DNA of 56,170 bases from the NCBI GenBank assembly GCA_002684915.1, contig NYWG01000003.1, positions 41,965 to 98,134 on the forward strand. The letters run 5' to 3'. The DNA comes from Verrucomicrobiales bacterium. GTDB taxonomy: Bacteria; Verrucomicrobiota; Verrucomicrobiia; Limisphaerales; UBA1096. The first letter of the stretch is position 1, and each line of letters starts with the position of its first letter. A model generated the notes under the pieces. It saw only the letters and a list, made by a program, of their open reading frames with translations. It was not told the origin of the DNA and did no database searches. Positions 54,188 to 56,170 of this stretch are shown in pieces. Position numbers and translations under genes: made by a program.

Positions 54188-55186
54188 ATGACAGCACCTT
54201 TGATTTCCGTGGTGTTGCCAGTTCGTGATGCGGCTAAAACTGTCGAACGTGCAGCTCGCTCCATACTTCAATCCAGCTTTAAAGAAATCGAATTAGTCGT
54301 TATCGACGATGGCTCCACCGATGGCAGTCCGGAAATAATTCGAAAAATAACTGATTCTCGCCTACGTTTATTCCAGCAAGAAAAGGAAGGGATTTGTGCC
54401 GCTGCGAACCGTGGGACTGCCGAAGCACATGCCCCTATAATTGCCCGTATGGATGCAGATGATTTTTCTCATCCCACACGACTGGAAAAGGAATTCGAGC
54501 TGCTCCATCGAAATAATTTTGACATTGTAGGGTGTCAGGCAAAAATAATCGGTATACATGGCAAATCTGTAGAATCCATGCAGCGATATGAAAGCTGGAG
54601 CAACTCACTAACCGAAACGGATCAAATTGCCGCTATGCGTTTTGTTGAATTACCAATAATTAATCCTACACTCATGGCAAAACGTGAATTTTTCGAACTA
54701 GGTTACCGTCAAGGAGATTGGCCAGAAGACTACGACTTATGCCTTCGCGCTCTTAACAAAAACCTACGTGCAGCAAAAGTTAAAGAAGTCCTTTTAGATT
54801 GGATTGATTCAAACAATAGGCTAACCAGAAAAGATGCACGCTATTCAGCCAAAGCCTTCGATCATTGTCGACGGACACACTTAATCAAGGGACCTCTCAA
54901 AGGTGTAAAAGAAGTCGATTTATGGGGAGCCGGCCAAGCCGGAAAGCCATGGCTTCGATGGTTACAAGATAAAGGTTTTCAAGTTCGGCGCATAATCGAA
55001 GTATCACCAAAAAAAATCGGCACAAAAATTCATGAAGTTCCTGTGATTTCCTCAAACGATTTACCAGCCCCAGAAGGGGCTCCGCTGATCATAGCTGTAG
55101 GGGCTGCCGGTGCTAGAGAACTAATCGAAGCCGAGCTAATTAAAAAAGGTTATGATCTAGGAGAAAATGCATGGTTTGTTTGCTAA
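54188..55186 (+). CDS. Glycosyltransferase family 2 with C-terminal Rossmann-like domain
   Basis: SVVLP, DDGSTD, ARMDADD, EDYDL, WGAG..GK. Confidence 0.92.
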   Translation: MTAPLISVVLPVRDAAKTVERAARSILQSSFKEIELVVIDDGSTDGSPEIIRKITDSRLRLFQQEKEGICAAANRGTAEAHAPIIARMDADDFSHPTRLEKEFELLHRNNFDIVGCQAKIIGIHGKSVESMQRYESWSNSLTETDQIAAMRFVELPIINPTLMAKREFFELGYRQGDWPEDYDLCLRALNKNLRAAKVKEVLLDWIDSNNRLTRKDARYSAKAFDHCRRTHLIKGPLKGVKEVDLWGAGQAGKPWLRWLQDKGFQVRRIIEVSPKKIGTKIHEVPVISSNDLPAPEGAPLIIAVGAAGARELIEAELIKKGYDLGENAWFVC

Positions 55187-55195
55187 ATTCCGAAA

Positions 55196-55444
55196 CTATT
55201 GATCAATCAAGATGCCTTGTTCAATAAGTAAGGCAGGAATACTTTGCCGAACAGGATAAAGAATTTTACCATCCTCTCGAATTAAACCTTCATCGATTTT
55301 TTCCTCTAACTTCACACCTCCCCGATTAACCAAAAAACCTGATTCAATACGCTGATTCAGCTCTGCAACTAAATCAGTATGAACTAACTGTAAAGGCTGA
55401 TGAGTTTCAGGGCAGCAAATAATTTCGAGTAATCTTTCATCCAT
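55196..55444 (-). CDS. Trm112-like protein
   Basis: LLEIICCP...YPV...IP.LL pattern. Confidence 0.8.
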   Translation of the reverse strand: MDERLLEIICCPETHQPLQLVHTDLVAELNQRIESGFLVNRGGVKLEEKIDEGLIREDGKILYPVRQSIPALLIEQGILIDQ

Positions 55445-55454
55445 AATTTTGTAA

Positions 55455-56170
55455 TCAATATTCAACCGCTTTTTGCGCAGCTACATAAACATCTTTAAGA
55501 GTAACACCTTTCTTCAAAGCAAGTTCGCGACATGACTCATACTCTGGGGAAGCCTGAACAATCTTTCCATTGAGCCTCCCTAACTTGACCTGAACTTGCC
55601 CCATCGATGTATCCAACGTGCACATCTCACGCTGGAGCTTACGACGATCAACATTACTATGCCGCACTCCAAAAGCACTAGTTTCACGCAGTATCTTCTC
55701 GCTAAAACGATCAGCATCCGCCTTGTTACAAAGTATAGTCAACAACACTCCTGGACGATTCTTCTTCATCTGTATTGGAATGTAAAAAACATCCAGCGCA
55801 CCATCCTTAAGAGCCTCTTCAACAAAGTAACCAAGATGCTCTGAATTTACATCATCAAGATTAGTTTCAATCACTGCAACAGTATCAGAATGCCAATCAA
55901 GTGATCCTCTTTGTTTAGCAACGGAATCCAATTTTCCAAGTACTCCACGAAGAACATTGGGGCGAGTATGCATATCTCGCGTACCCAATCCATATCCAAT
56001 TCGCTCTGGAATCACACCATTCATTAATTCAAAACGCTCGGCAAATTCAGCGAGAATTGCGGCTCCAGTCGGAGTCACTAATTCATGAGGTTCGTCGCAT
56101 TGGTTCACTGTCACTCCACGGGCGGTAAGGATTTCAAGTGTCGCAGCTGTCGGCACTGGAAATCGTCCAT
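55455..56170 (-). CDS. larC: Nickel-pincer cofactor biosynthesis protein LarC, 3' part (5' end outside the window)
   Basis: GRFPVPTAAT at the window edge, ELVTPTGAA, GYG.G, ETNLDD, MKKNRPG, ETS.FGVR, PEYE.C. Confidence 0.93.
   Translation of the reverse strand, partial: GRFPVPTAATLEILTARGVTVNQCDEPHELVTPTGAAILAEFAERFELMNGVIPERIGYGLGTRDMHTRPNVLRGVLGKLDSVAKQRGSLDWHSDTVAVIETNLDDVNSEHLGYFVEEALKDGALDVFYIPIQMKKNRPGVLLTILCNKADADRFSEKILRETSAFGVRHSNVDRRKLQREMCTLDTSMGQVQVKLGRLNGKIVQASPEYESCRELALKKGVTLKDVYVAAQKAVEY

Noticed and set aside
1054-55844. Numerous 60-140 aa ORFs overlapping the long genes on the opposite strand or in another frame (e.g. 6442-6801, 8922-9281, 51510-51935)
   Set aside because: They lie within well-supported genes and carry no recognisable motifs, consistent with shadow ORFs.

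Overview
Gene-dense, roughly 40% GC (by eye) bacterial chromosome segment with about 38 CDS and no recognisable rRNA, tRNA, IS, phage or CRISPR element. The gene set suggests a PVC-superphylum organism, probably Verrucomicrobiota (inference): PVC-type dehydrogenase/heme proteins, several WxxxRGP beta-propellers, a sulfatase, and a CotH/lamin-tail protein. Housekeeping genes include fbaA, smc, apgM, a surA-like gene, amtB, a type II glnA, a rodZ-like gene, msrB and larC (partial). Most notable observations: (1) a DUF1302-DUF1329-YCF48-RND operon whose DUF1302 protein carries a symmetric 7+7-heptad helical hairpin built from two separate 21-bp tandem-repeat arrays; (2) a GC-richer three-gene operon of exported beta-propellers with shared vicinal-Cys motifs, EF-hands and a fused PhnD-type binding domain; (3) tandem NrdR-like boxes 31 bp apart plus DnaA-like boxes upstream of smc; (4) back-to-back sigma-54 promoters for amtB and glnA, each followed by a short upstream ORF at about +22; (5) a ThuA-dehydrogenase-CBM-cupredoxin fusion with an AT-rich tail, followed by a Tat-exported TIM-barrel gene; (6) many apparently leaderless genes. 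All calls come from reading motifs by eye; no searches were run.
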